A stretch of 64,000 nucleotides of DNA from Candidatus Multivoradales bacterium (GTDB taxonomy: Bacteria > Acidobacteriota > Thermoanaerobaculia > Multivoradales > J023). This document shows positions 10,583 to 19,338 of this stretch, one piece after another; position 1 is the first letter of the stretch, and every line of letters starts with the position of its first letter. The stretch lies in the NCBI GenBank assembly GCA_965248925.1, contig CBDFLE010000006.1, positions 3,200,001 to 3,264,000 on the forward strand. Reading direction: 5' to 3'. The notes beneath the pieces are model-generated. The model worked only from the letters and a program-made list of their open reading frames with translations. It ran no database searches and was not told the origin of the DNA. Both the position numbers and the translations under genes were made by a program.

Positions 10583-11048
10583 AGTGAAATTCGAAGAAGG
10601 CAAGCTGATCATCACCCGGCGTTACGACGCGCCGCGGGAGGAGGTGTTCGAGGCCTGGATCGAAACCAGCAAAGTGCAGCAGTGGTGGGGCTGTGCCGAG
10701 TGTACGTCGGTGCGCTCGGAGGTCGAGCCCAAGGTCGGCGGTCGCTACAACCACCACATGACGATCAAAGGAGCCGGCGAAGTGCCCGGCTTTGCCACCC
10801 TCACGGAATACGATCCACCGGCGCGGCTGGCCTACGTCTCCGCCGACCCGGAGGGCGCCGAGGACAACATGAAGGTCACGGTCGAATTCATCGAGGCCGC
10901 GGGTGGCACCTTGGTGCGGCTCGTCCACGCCGGTATTCCGGAGATGAAAGTTGAGGGTGATATCGAGCTGCGTCAGATCATCCGCGGCGGTTGGACCGCG
11001 GCGCTGGGCAAACTCGCGACTCTTCTCGCTGCGGCCCAAGAGCGCTGA
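10572..11048 (+). CDS. SRPBCC/AHSA1-like (START fold) protein
   Basis: ITRRYDAPREEVFEAW ... GWTAALGKL; classic ArsR-SRPBCC pair. Confidence 0.9.
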   Translation: MSNEVKFEEGKLIITRRYDAPREEVFEAWIETSKVQQWWGCAECTSVRSEVEPKVGGRYNHHMTIKGAGEVPGFATLTEYDPPARLAYVSADPEGAEDNMKVTVEFIEAAGGTLVRLVHAGIPEMKVEGDIELRQIIRGGWTAALGKLATLLAAAQER

Positions 11049-11102
11049 CAGCTGCTGAATCCTAGACCAGTATCCAAAACCAGCGAATCGAAGGGAGACT
11101 CG

Positions 11103-11432
11103 ATGGCCCCAGACAAGAAAGACCCGACCGATCCGATGTGCCGCAGAGCGAGCGGCTATCCCAAGGTAAACCAGGGAACCTCCTGCACCCAAAACTCTTT
11201 CAAGGTCGGTAAGAAGGCCTTCCTGTACGTCGGCCCGCAGGGCGGACGGTACAAAGCGATGTTCAAGCTCGAGGACTCCAGGTCCGAAGCCGTCGAGTTG
11301 GCCAAAGTCGATCCCGACTGCTATCAGGTGGGATCGACCGCCTGGGTCACGGCCCGCTTCACCGCCGATCGACCGATGCCGAAAGAACTTTGGCAGCGCT
11401 GGCTGGAGGAGAGCTACCAGCTGAGCCTGTAG
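11103..11432 (+). CDS. MmcQ/YjbR-family protein
   Basis: FKVGKKAFLY ... WV ... WLEESYQL pattern. Confidence 0.75.
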   Translation: MAPDKKDPTDPMCRRASGYPKVNQGTSCTQNSFKVGKKAFLYVGPQGGRYKAMFKLEDSRSEAVELAKVDPDCYQVGSTAWVTARFTADRPMPKELWQRWLEESYQLSL

Positions 11433-11571
11433 CGGCATTCGCGCTCCTAGGCTGCCAGCTAGACTGCCCCCAACAAACCAGCACCCAAGGGCCAGGAGGT
11501 GCTCGCGGAGTCATCGAGATGGCAACGAAGTGCGGATGAACGCCGCAACTCTGTAAAGGGAGAGACCTTCG

Positions 11572-11934
11572 ATGGTGGACTACCAGATCGACGCGCGACG
11601 ATTCCGGACGCCCAAGAACAACGAACTCAAGGTGGGACACCAAGGTGAGGCCTCGACCCTTCACCGCCAAGGCTGGTTCATCCAGAATCTGGTGGGCACC
11701 GTCGGCCGGGATGCCTACCAGATGAAAGCTCCCCGCGCCCTGGTCTTGCAGCACCGGCACGGGCTGCGCTATGTGCTCGCCGAAGGTGGCGACGAGGTCG
11801 GCAGTTGCGCTCAGCGGGATTTCGACGATCAGGACGATTGGACCGCCGAGTTCCAGGCGCCGCGGGATTGGTCGCTGGCGCTCACCGCTTTCGTGGCCTG
11901 GTTGGTGGGTGAGGCGCGCAGCATGGTCGACTGA
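11572..11934 (+). CDS. Hypothetical protein (beta-rich)
   Basis: 120-aa ORF with GGGAG RBS; no family recognised. Confidence 0.55.
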   Translation: MVDYQIDARRFRTPKNNELKVGHQGEASTLHRQGWFIQNLVGTVGRDAYQMKAPRALVLQHRHGLRYVLAEGGDEVGSCAQRDFDDQDDWTAEFQAPRDWSLALTAFVAWLVGEARSMVD

Positions 11935-11946
11935 CCGCCGTCGGGC

Positions 11947-12903
11947 TCATCTTCCCTCGGGTAAGGCGCCCCGTCCCAGCCGGGTGGCGATGAGGCCGAG
12001 GACGCTGGTCAGCAGCAGCAGCATCGCTAGGCCGATAGCGCCGCCCAGCGAGGGCTGGCGCATGAGGGTGAACCTGGTCGGCAGGCGCGGATCGAACCAG
12101 CAGGTTGTTTCGATGCCGAGCTGCAACAGCCGGAACTCCTGCACCGATCGGGTCCCGATGCCGGTCGAGAAGCCGGCGGCTACTAGGATCTGGTCCCCGA
12201 GGTTGATCTCGACCGCAGCGACGGGGTGCGCCCGTAGCATGAGTGCCGACTTCTTTCCCATGCGAGCAGACGCCGAGATGTCGCCCTCGACCTTCGAGAA
12301 CACGATACGCCGGTCGACGACGCGGCGGGGTGCCCGGTCGAAGCGCGGGTACGGCTCGTGTTGTCGGCGATCTTCATCAGCACAGTGCGCCCTTCGGTGT
12401 CCTGCGCGTCGGGATCGAGCCCCGCTTGTAGCAGCGTCTCGAGTATCTCGGGGTCCTTCACCAAGTGAAGCAGGGGAATGCCAAAGGAGTCGCGAGCCGC
12501 CCCATCCCCCAAGCCGCGCCGAGCGATCGTCCCGGCCTGTTGGTCGTCGCCGTTCTCGATCACCTTCTTGAGGTGCCGCGCTCGGGCCTCGAGCATCTTC
12601 CAGCCGAACGCGGTTTCCGTCAACAGCTCCCCGGGGGGCGGCCGGAGCGAGGGTCACCGCCGCGGCCGCGAGCAGCAGCAGACCGAGCAACCAGGGGCCG
12701 GCTTACCACAGGCTGTCGAAGACATGGCGGGCGCCAGCCAAGCTGAGGTAGAGGCCGCTGTAAAGCAGGGTAGCGCCGACTACACCCAACGAGATCGCGA
12801 TGGGGATCGTGACGAAATCGTGGAGAAGGAACAGCCAGACCACGATCGCGGCCAGAAAGGGGAGACAGCCACCTCGCTGAGCCGGGTAGGCGGTGGCTTC
12901 CAA
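11947..12903 (-). pseudogene. Disrupted membrane protein with an ankyrin-type repeat
   Basis: In-frame TAA at 12703-12705; frame switch at the C4G6 run (12629-12638); second switch near 12360; ankyrin-like LLQAGLDPDAQDTEGRTVLM. Confidence 0.65.
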
Positions 12904-12950
12904 TCTGTGCCCAAGCCGAAGGCGATACTCCTAGCTGCTCCGCAGCAGCA

Positions 12951-12997
12951 TTGACAAGTTCCAGATGCCCTTGATATCTTCTTGGTTGATCGACCAA
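12951..12997 (+). promoter_or_regulatory. Sigma70 promoter and probable TetR operator
   Basis: TTGACA (12951), extended -10 TGaTATCTT (12972-12980), near-palindrome TTGGTTGATCGACCAA (12982-12997). Confidence 0.65.
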
Positions 12998-13020
12998 CTA
13001 AGGAATCTTGCCTGATATCC

Positions 13021-13683
13021 ATGCCTGCCTTTCCCTCACCGATGCCCGAACTGACCACCCGCGACCGTCTCCTACACACGGCGCGCGCCCTGTTCCAAGC
13101 TCAGGGCTACGGGGCCACTGGGCTAGCGCAGATCCTGCGCGAGTCGGGAGTCAACAGCGGCAGTCTTTACCACTACTTCAAAAGCAAGGAAGATCTCCTG
13201 ATCGGCGTGCTGGAACTCTATCGCGACAACATCTGGCCGATGCTGCTGCAGCCTGTTTTCGACCGGCATTCAGATCCCTTGGACCGGGTTTTTGCCTTGC
13301 TCGACGCTTACCGCGAACGTCTCCTCCTCTCCGAATTCCAGAGTAGCTGCCCGATCGGTAATCTGGCACTTGAACTCAACGAGTTCCAACCGCGGGCCTA
13401 CGAGTTGGTGGCAGCGAATTTCGAGCAGTGGCGGACCATTGTCCGCGACTGCCTGGTCGCAGCCGCCGAACGACTTGCCGCCGACACCGATCTCGATCAA
13501 CTCGCTACTTTTGTGCTGGTGACGATGGAGGGGGGAGTGATGTTGAGCCGGTCCTACCGCGACGTCGCCCCGTTTGATGCCGCGGTAGGTGCTCTCAAGG
13601 ACTACATCCACCGACTCGAAATCGACCGTGATCGCGACACTCTGAGCGCGCCCGCATCCACGAAAGGTACGAAGAGACCATGA
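13021..13683 (+). CDS. TetR/AcrR-family regulator (LmrA/NemR-like)
   Basis: GYGATGLAQILRESGVNSGSLYHYFKSKEDL HTH; SCPIGNLALE; start 13021 or 13042. Confidence 0.93.
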   Translation: MPAFPSPMPELTTRDRLLHTARALFQAQGYGATGLAQILRESGVNSGSLYHYFKSKEDLLIGVLELYRDNIWPMLLQPVFDRHSDPLDRVFALLDAYRERLLLSEFQSSCPIGNLALELNEFQPRAYELVAANFEQWRTIVRDCLVAAAERLAADTDLDQLATFVLVTMEGGVMLSRSYRDVAPFDAAVGALKDYIHRLEIDRDRDTLSAPASTKGTKRP

Positions 13684-14237
13684 TCCAACGTTGTGTTGTT
13701 CTACAGACCGTCGTCGCCCTTGCCGTCCTAAGTGTGCCCTTCTTAAGCTCTGCTGCGACCGCCCCTCCTGTGGCGTCAGCGAGCCCGAGCGCAAGTCCGA
13801 TGGCCGGTTTCGACCGCCTGATCGGCGGCGAGTGGCAAATCTCGATCCTCCGCCATCGCTTCGCCTGGGGCATCGGCCAGCACACTGTGTTTTCCAGGAG
13901 TTACGACCATGAGGGCAAGTTCGTCGCCGAGGCGCGCTGGTTCTGGCATCCTGGCGAGAAGGTCATCAAGGGCTATTCGATCGATGCCACCGGCAAGTCG
14001 TTTGCAGAGATGACGACTCATTTCGAGGGTGACACGATGAGTAATTTTCTCGAGATAGTCAACCCTGACGGGACTATGTCCTCCTACACTGGCAAATGGG
14101 TCTTCACGGACGATAATCACTACGATTGGACACTCTTCAGCCATGGTGCTGATGGCGAGAAGACCCAGGCTATGCAGGCGACAGCCAGCCGAGAAGCGCC
14201 GCCCGAGGTGGCCGCTGCAAGCCGTGAGGATGACTGA
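13680..14237 (+). CDS. Secreted hypothetical protein (beta-barrel-like)
   Basis: Signal peptide; ATGA overlap with the TetR gene. Confidence 0.7.
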   Translation: MIQRCVVLQTVVALAVLSVPFLSSAATAPPVASASPSASPMAGFDRLIGGEWQISILRHRFAWGIGQHTVFSRSYDHEGKFVAEARWFWHPGEKVIKGYSIDATGKSFAEMTTHFEGDTMSNFLEIVNPDGTMSSYTGKWVFTDDNHYDWTLFSHGADGEKTQAMQATASREAPPEVAAASREDD

Positions 14238-14333
14238 GGCGGGGCGCCACGGCGCTGGCCCTCGGTGTCCGCAGATGACTCTTGGCGAGTTGCAGAGTCT
14301 TGAGCCGCCTGGCTTTCAGCCAATTCAGCTCTT

Positions 14334-15548
14334 CTAGAGAAAACGTTGCAGATGCTTCAGCACCTGCCGGGCCAGGGGGGACTTGCGATAAACGTAGACC
14401 TCGCCCGGTATCTGATCTAGGTCTTCCTCGCCGCCGGCGAGCTGCTTGGAAATGGCCAGCAGGAGATTCTTTGGGCCATGGCGGCGGAGCAGCTCGAGGC
14501 GGCTTTCGACCGCGCCACGACGCCAATAGCCGAGCACTTCCATCACCACTCGGGTGCCGCTCTCTGCGTGATCGAAGATGAAGTCGGGTACCAGCACCCC
14601 CTCGCCGCCGAGATCGACCAGCTCGCCTTCGGTGGAGACTTGCCAGGGAGTGTCGAGTTCAGCGAAGCGCCGCGGTAGCCAGCTGACCTCTTCCGGCTGC
14701 CATTGGCCGGTGAGCTTGCTGGGTGAACGTAAACCTTTTTTGGCAGACAGTTTGAAAGTGCGTTGCAGTCGCTTCTTACCCCAACGCAGCTCGGCTTCGA
14801 GCTGCCAGTGGTCGAGGTGCAAGAGCGCCGGTAGAAAGCTCGCCATTTGCAAGCCGTAGCGTTGGCTTGACTGGAAAAGTGACAGGGGGCCGTCGAGCAC
14901 CACCACCCAACTACCATTCTGGCCACGTTCGAGACGGTGCATCAGCTGAAAGAATTTGATCTTCTGAAACAACGCTCGATGGCGGCGTGGGTTCTTGCCC
15001 GCTAGCTCGAGTCGCAGGTTGACGGCGCGCAGCAGCACCACCTGGGCGAGGGCGACGTTGTAGCGATCGAGTAGCCATTGCGGGTCACAGCGCTTGAAGC
15101 TGATCAACCGCTGCTGGTCCTTGAGGTCGGCGTAGAGGTGGTCGTCGAGCTCGCCGGCTGGCAGCTCCAAGCTGGCCGCCGCCTGCTCGATGACGGCCTC
15201 GCGGTCGAAGGCGAAAGGCCCATCCTGCACCGGCTCTCGGTAGGCGTTGGCGGCGGCGGTGAAGACCGCGTGGCGCAGCTCGTCGGGCGGCTGCGGGGCG
15301 GTGGTCTCGAAGACACAGCGGTCACGGAGCAGCTTGGCCAGGCCGCGGTGCAGCAGAAAGGCAGTGCCGGTGCCGAGCAGCTCGTCGAGCTCGGCGTCGA
15401 GCTCGGCTTGGGGATGGCCGCAGAAGGCTGCGAACGTCGCGACCAGGGTGTCGGCCAGGGCTAGCAGATCAGCATCGGTTCGCTCGACATAGCGTGGTTT
15501 GACCTCGCCACGGTAGGTCCGCGCCAGCAGTAGGTCGGAGGTCAGCAT
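14334..15548 (-). CDS. DUF790/Bax1-like endonuclease
   Basis: MLTSDLL start; LYADL; RYNVALAQ; DGPLSLF..SQRYG; PDF...EVLGYW nuclease motif. Confidence 0.88.
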   Translation of the reverse strand: MLTSDLLLARTYRGEVKPRYVERTDADLLALADTLVATFAAFCGHPQAELDAELDELLGTGTAFLLHRGLAKLLRDRCVFETTAPQPPDELRHAVFTAAANAYREPVQDGPFAFDREAVIEQAAASLELPAGELDDHLYADLKDQQRLISFKRCDPQWLLDRYNVALAQVVLLRAVNLRLELAGKNPRRHRALFQKIKFFQLMHRLERGQNGSWVVVLDGPLSLFQSSQRYGLQMASFLPALLHLDHWQLEAELRWGKKRLQRTFKLSAKKGLRSPSKLTGQWQPEEVSWLPRRFAELDTPWQVSTEGELVDLGGEGVLVPDFIFDHAESGTRVVMEVLGYWRRGAVESRLELLRRHGPKNLLLAISKQLAGGEEDLDQIPGEVYVYRKSPLARQVLKHLQRFL

Positions 15549-15549
15549 C

Positions 15550-16932
15550 TCAGCTTGTGCTCCGTTGATAGGCATCGTGTTGGCGGCGGCGCTCGCTGGT
15601 GAATTCTTCGGCGGTGTCCTCGGCCACTACCTCGTAGAGCAGTGCTCGCTTGTCCTTGGCGCGGCGCAAAATGCGGCCCAGGCGTTGCACATGCTCACGC
15701 ACCGTGCCGCTGCCCGAGAGCACCACGCCGATGTTGGCGGCTGGTATGTCGACCCCCTCGTTGAGCACTCTTGAGGTGACCAGGAAGGGCAGCTCGCCGG
15801 CATTGAAGGCCGCCAAGGTGGCGTGGCGTTCTTTGATCTTGGTCTGGTGAGTGATCGCCGGGATCAAGAAGCGGCGGGAGATCTTGTAGACCGTGGCGTT
15901 GTCGTTGGTGAAGATCAGCATGCGGTCCTGGCGGTGGCGGCTGATCAGCTTCTCCAGCAGTCGCAACTTGGCGCCCGAGGCCTGGGCGATGGCCCGTTGG
16001 CGGCGGTAGGCGAGGAAGGCACGGCGGCCTTCTTCGCTGCGGGAGGTCGCTTGTAGAAACCGCGCCCAGCCTGACGGTCCGCCGAAACGAATCTGATGCT
16101 GTTCGACGAATCCGCGATAGATCTGCCGTTCCTCGCTGTAGGCCTCGCGCTCTTCGTCCGACAGACGGACCCGCACTCTCTCGGTGTCGTACTCCGCCAG
16201 GTAGCTGCCGGCCAGTTCGCCGATTTCGCGACGGTAGACGATCGGCCCTACCAAGTTGTCGAGCAGCCTTTCGCCGCCGTCTTCGCGCTCCGGAGTGGCG
16301 GTCAGACCGAGGCGGAAGGGGGCGATCGACAGCTCGGCGGCGGTGGCGTAGGTCGGTCCCGGCAGGTGGTGGCATTCGTCGAACACCAACAAGGCGAAGC
16401 GGTCGCCGAGTTTGTCCATGTGCAGGTAGGCCGAGTCGTAGGTGGTGACGGTCAGCGGCCGGGGTTCGAAATAGCCGCCACCGATCAGTCCGACTTCGAC
16501 CTCGAAACCGGTCGACAGCACGCCATACCACTGTTGCATCAGGTCGAGGGTGGGAGTGACCACTAGAGCGCAGCAGCCCAAGCGCTCGATGATCAGCTGG
16601 GCGACGTAGGTCTTGCCGGCGCCGGTGGGCAACACCACCACGCCGCAGCGGCCTTCTTGCCACCAGGCCTCCACCGCCTCTTTCTGGTGTGGGAAAGGGG
16701 TGCGTTCGAGACGCGATGCGAGGGCTTGGTCGCTGTAGGCGCGAGCTGCGTTGTCGTACTCCAAGCCCGAGCGATGGAGCGTTCGCACCACCTCGCGGTA
16801 GCGAAAGGCTGGCGCTCGCCACAATCCCACTCGGGAATCCCAAACGCAGCCCGGCGGTCGCAGCTCCGCGGGCGCTTCACCCGCGGTGGGGCGTAGCACG
16901 AGGGTGCCGCGGTCGAACTCCAAGCGAATCAT
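15550..16932 (-). CDS. XPB/Rad25(SSL2)-like superfamily 2 DNA helicase
   Basis: LPTGAGKT, DECHH, GLTAT, EGVDIP and QRLGRILR motifs. Confidence 0.93.
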   Translation of the reverse strand: MIRLEFDRGTLVLRPTAGEAPAELRPPGCVWDSRVGLWRAPAFRYREVVRTLHRSGLEYDNAARAYSDQALASRLERTPFPHQKEAVEAWWQEGRCGVVVLPTGAGKTYVAQLIIERLGCCALVVTPTLDLMQQWYGVLSTGFEVEVGLIGGGYFEPRPLTVTTYDSAYLHMDKLGDRFALLVFDECHHLPGPTYATAAELSIAPFRLGLTATPEREDGGERLLDNLVGPIVYRREIGELAGSYLAEYDTERVRVRLSDEEREAYSEERQIYRGFVEQHQIRFGGPSGWARFLQATSRSEEGRRAFLAYRRQRAIAQASGAKLRLLEKLISRHRQDRMLIFTNDNATVYKISRRFLIPAITHQTKIKERHATLAAFNAGELPFLVTSRVLNEGVDIPAANIGVVLSGSGTVREHVQRLGRILRRAKDKRALLYEVVAEDTAEEFTSERRRQHDAYQRSTS

Positions 16933-17036
16933 GGGCGGATCTTACCGCTGCTGCGCTGCGTATAATCCTCGCAGCGACAGAGATCGCTGTTCAGGGGTCG
17001 ACGCTTCGCCAGATTTGCCAACCGCAGGAGGATCCC

Positions 17037-17960
17037 GTGTTGATCGACAAGCTTCTCACCACCAGGGCGTGGACTCGCCGAGGCCGGCTTGGCACCCTGA
17101 CCGTGCTCTGTGCTGCCGCCTTGGCTGGCCAGCTGTTGACCGCGACGCCGGCCGCGGCCGGCCGTCTGGAGGATGCCTTGCGCAGCCGCTGGCAAGGAGC
17201 CTGGGTGGTGATCCGTGCCGATGTCCGCTCCGCTTGCGGCGAGGCCTACAGCAACAATAGGGTGTCCGGCCGCCTGGTCAGCGGCAAGGGCGAGCAGCGC
17301 CTGGCCCTCGGCGAGCTCGGGCAGATTCACAAGATTGACGTCAAGCGGCAGCGCATCGATGTCTTGATCGACCTCGTTGAGCCCCTGCGGGTGGCCTATG
17401 TCGAGGGGCCCTTCGAGCTCTACCGCCAGGCCGCTTGCAAGATCGAACTCCAGCTCGACGTTTCCCGGCAGGTAGTCAAGGCGGCGCAGGAAGAGCAAGT
17501 CGGGGAGTTCTTGCTAGCCGTGTTGGAGCGCTACGACAGCCGCGCTGAAGCCGAGGAATCTGAGCTCTGGAATCTGCGCCGGGTCGAGCCTTTTCCCGAG
17601 GGCTATGATCGTCTGCTGGCTGACTACGACGCCTGGCGAGCAGAGCAGATCTTCGTCGCGGTGCGCGAGAAGCTGGCTCGGGTGCTCGACGAAGCGGTGC
17701 GAATCGCTGACCGGGCACGCTCAGACGACGCCTACGGCGCTGGTTTTACCACCGGCTTACGCTCCACTTCGGCGCATTACCACACTGCTGCGGACTGCGG
17801 GCTGCTGGTCGACAAGGTCTACTACCCCGGCTCGGTGCCGAGTCCGCCAAGCTACGATTCAAACTCGGCCAGGGATGCTTGGCGGGACGGCTATGGCGAC
17901 GGTCAGGCGTTGAGCTTCCACCTCGATCTGGCGCGTCAACTCGAACGTTGTTTGCCCTGA
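17037..17960 (+). CDS. Secreted hypothetical protein
   Basis: GGAGG RBS before GTG 17037; signal peptide ending TPAAA; several Cys. Confidence 0.7.
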   Translation: MLIDKLLTTRAWTRRGRLGTLTVLCAAALAGQLLTATPAAAGRLEDALRSRWQGAWVVIRADVRSACGEAYSNNRVSGRLVSGKGEQRLALGELGQIHKIDVKRQRIDVLIDLVEPLRVAYVEGPFELYRQAACKIELQLDVSRQVVKAAQEEQVGEFLLAVLERYDSRAEAEESELWNLRRVEPFPEGYDRLLADYDAWRAEQIFVAVREKLARVLDEAVRIADRARSDDAYGAGFTTGLRSTSAHYHTAADCGLLVDKVYYPGSVPSPPSYDSNSARDAWRDGYGDGQALSFHLDLARQLERCLP

Positions 17961-17982
17961 GTTGTTATAGCGGACCGCGCGC

Positions 17983-19338
17983 TCAGAGCCGCAGATCGTA
18001 TTTCTTGATCTTGCGATAGATCGTGGCGCGGCTCATTCCAAGCTCGTCAGCGGCATTCTCAGGATTGCCTCGGGCGTGTTCGAGAGCCTCGGCCACCTGC
18101 CTTTTCTCGCGCCGTTCTGGAGCCGACAAGGCCAGTTCCAGGGGTGAGTCGGAGGGCTCGGAGGCGGTGGCCAATTCTTCGGCGAGCATGCTGGGTTCGA
18201 GTGTTTCGCCGCGATGCAGGACGACGACTTCCTCCATCACATGTTGCAGTTCGCGGACGTTGCCGGGCCAAGGATAGGCTTCGAGCGCCTCGACTACGGC
18301 TAGGGTCAGACGGGGCGCTTCGAGATCGTGATGGCGAGCGGCTCGTTGCAAGAAGTGACGCGCCAACAGTTCGATGTCGCCGGCTCGCTGGCGCAACGGT
18401 GGCAGCCGCAGGCTTACCACCCGCAGCCGGTAGTAAAGATCCTGACGCAATTTTCCGCTCGCTAGAGGGTCGGCGTTGGTGGCCGCAAGCACCCGCAGAT
18501 CGACGGTGTGCGACTCGGCGGAGCCCAGCCGCTGGACGACGTGGTCCTGCAAGAAACGCAGCAGCTTGGCCTGCACGCTGTAAGACATCTCGGCGATTTG
18601 GTCGAGAAAGAGGGTGCCGCCCGCGGCCTGCTCGCAGTAGCCGACATGGTGGTCGCGGGCGCCGGTGAAAGCCCCCTGGCGATGGCCGAAGAGGGCACTC
18701 TCGATCAACTCATGGGGAATGGCGGCGGCATTCACCGCCACGAAAGGACCCTGGCTGCGCGCGCTGGCTTGGTGAATTGCCCGCGCTACCAGTTCCTTTC
18801 CGGTACCGGTCTCGCCGAGGATTAGCGCCGAAGCATCGGTTGGCGCTAGATTGTCGATCTTGCGAAAGATCTGCCGCATCGGCTCACTGCGCCCGATCAA
18901 GCCGTGGAATCCATCGTCTGTGCTCGGCTCAGGGGCACGCTCGATCGCCGCGCGGCGCGCCACCCGGCCAAATTCTAGAGCGTCATTCACCGCTCGCTGG
19001 AGGCGGTCGAAGTCCAGCGGCTTGGTGATGTAGTCGCTGGCGCCGCGACGCATCGAACGGACGGCGTCGTCGACCGAAGTGCTGCGGGTGATCATGATCA
19101 CCGGCAATCTGGGCTGTTGCTGCTTGACCTCAGCCACCAGTTCGGTACCGTCGTCAGCGCCCAACATGACATCGAGCAACAGCAGGTCGGGAACTTGGCG
19201 TTCGAGTTCCAGCCATAGTTCGGCGGCGCTGCCGGCTTCGCGGCAGGCAAGTCCGTGGCGGCGTAGCTTGAGGCTGACGATAGCCCGCAGATCCGGATCG
19301 TCATCGACGATCAGCACGGTGGTGGGTCGCGGGCTCAT
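17983..19338 (-). CDS. NtrC-family sigma54-dependent response regulator with a Walker B E-to-Q change
   Basis: Receiver domain, GETGTGKE, GAFTGA, LFLDQI (canonical LDEI), WPGNVRELQ, Fis-type HTH. Confidence 0.9.
   Translation of the reverse strand: MSPRPTTVLIVDDDPDLRAIVSLKLRRHGLACREAGSAAELWLELERQVPDLLLLDVMLGADDGTELVAEVKQQQPRLPVIMITRSTSVDDAVRSMRRGASDYITKPLDFDRLQRAVNDALEFGRVARRAAIERAPEPSTDDGFHGLIGRSEPMRQIFRKIDNLAPTDASALILGETGTGKELVARAIHQASARSQGPFVAVNAAAIPHELIESALFGHRQGAFTGARDHHVGYCEQAAGGTLFLDQIAEMSYSVQAKLLRFLQDHVVQRLGSAESHTVDLRVLAATNADPLASGKLRQDLYYRLRVVSLRLPPLRQRAGDIELLARHFLQRAARHHDLEAPRLTLAVVEALEAYPWPGNVRELQHVMEEVVVLHRGETLEPSMLAEELATASEPSDSPLELALSAPERREKRQVAEALEHARGNPENAADELGMSRATIYRKIKKYDLRL

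Noticed and set aside
15695-16843. 382-aa alternative-frame ORF, and similar long Arg/Pro-rich ORFs such as 3073-4065 and 27739-28719
   Set aside because: Shadow ORFs of high-GC coding regions overlapping well-supported genes; no recognisable motifs
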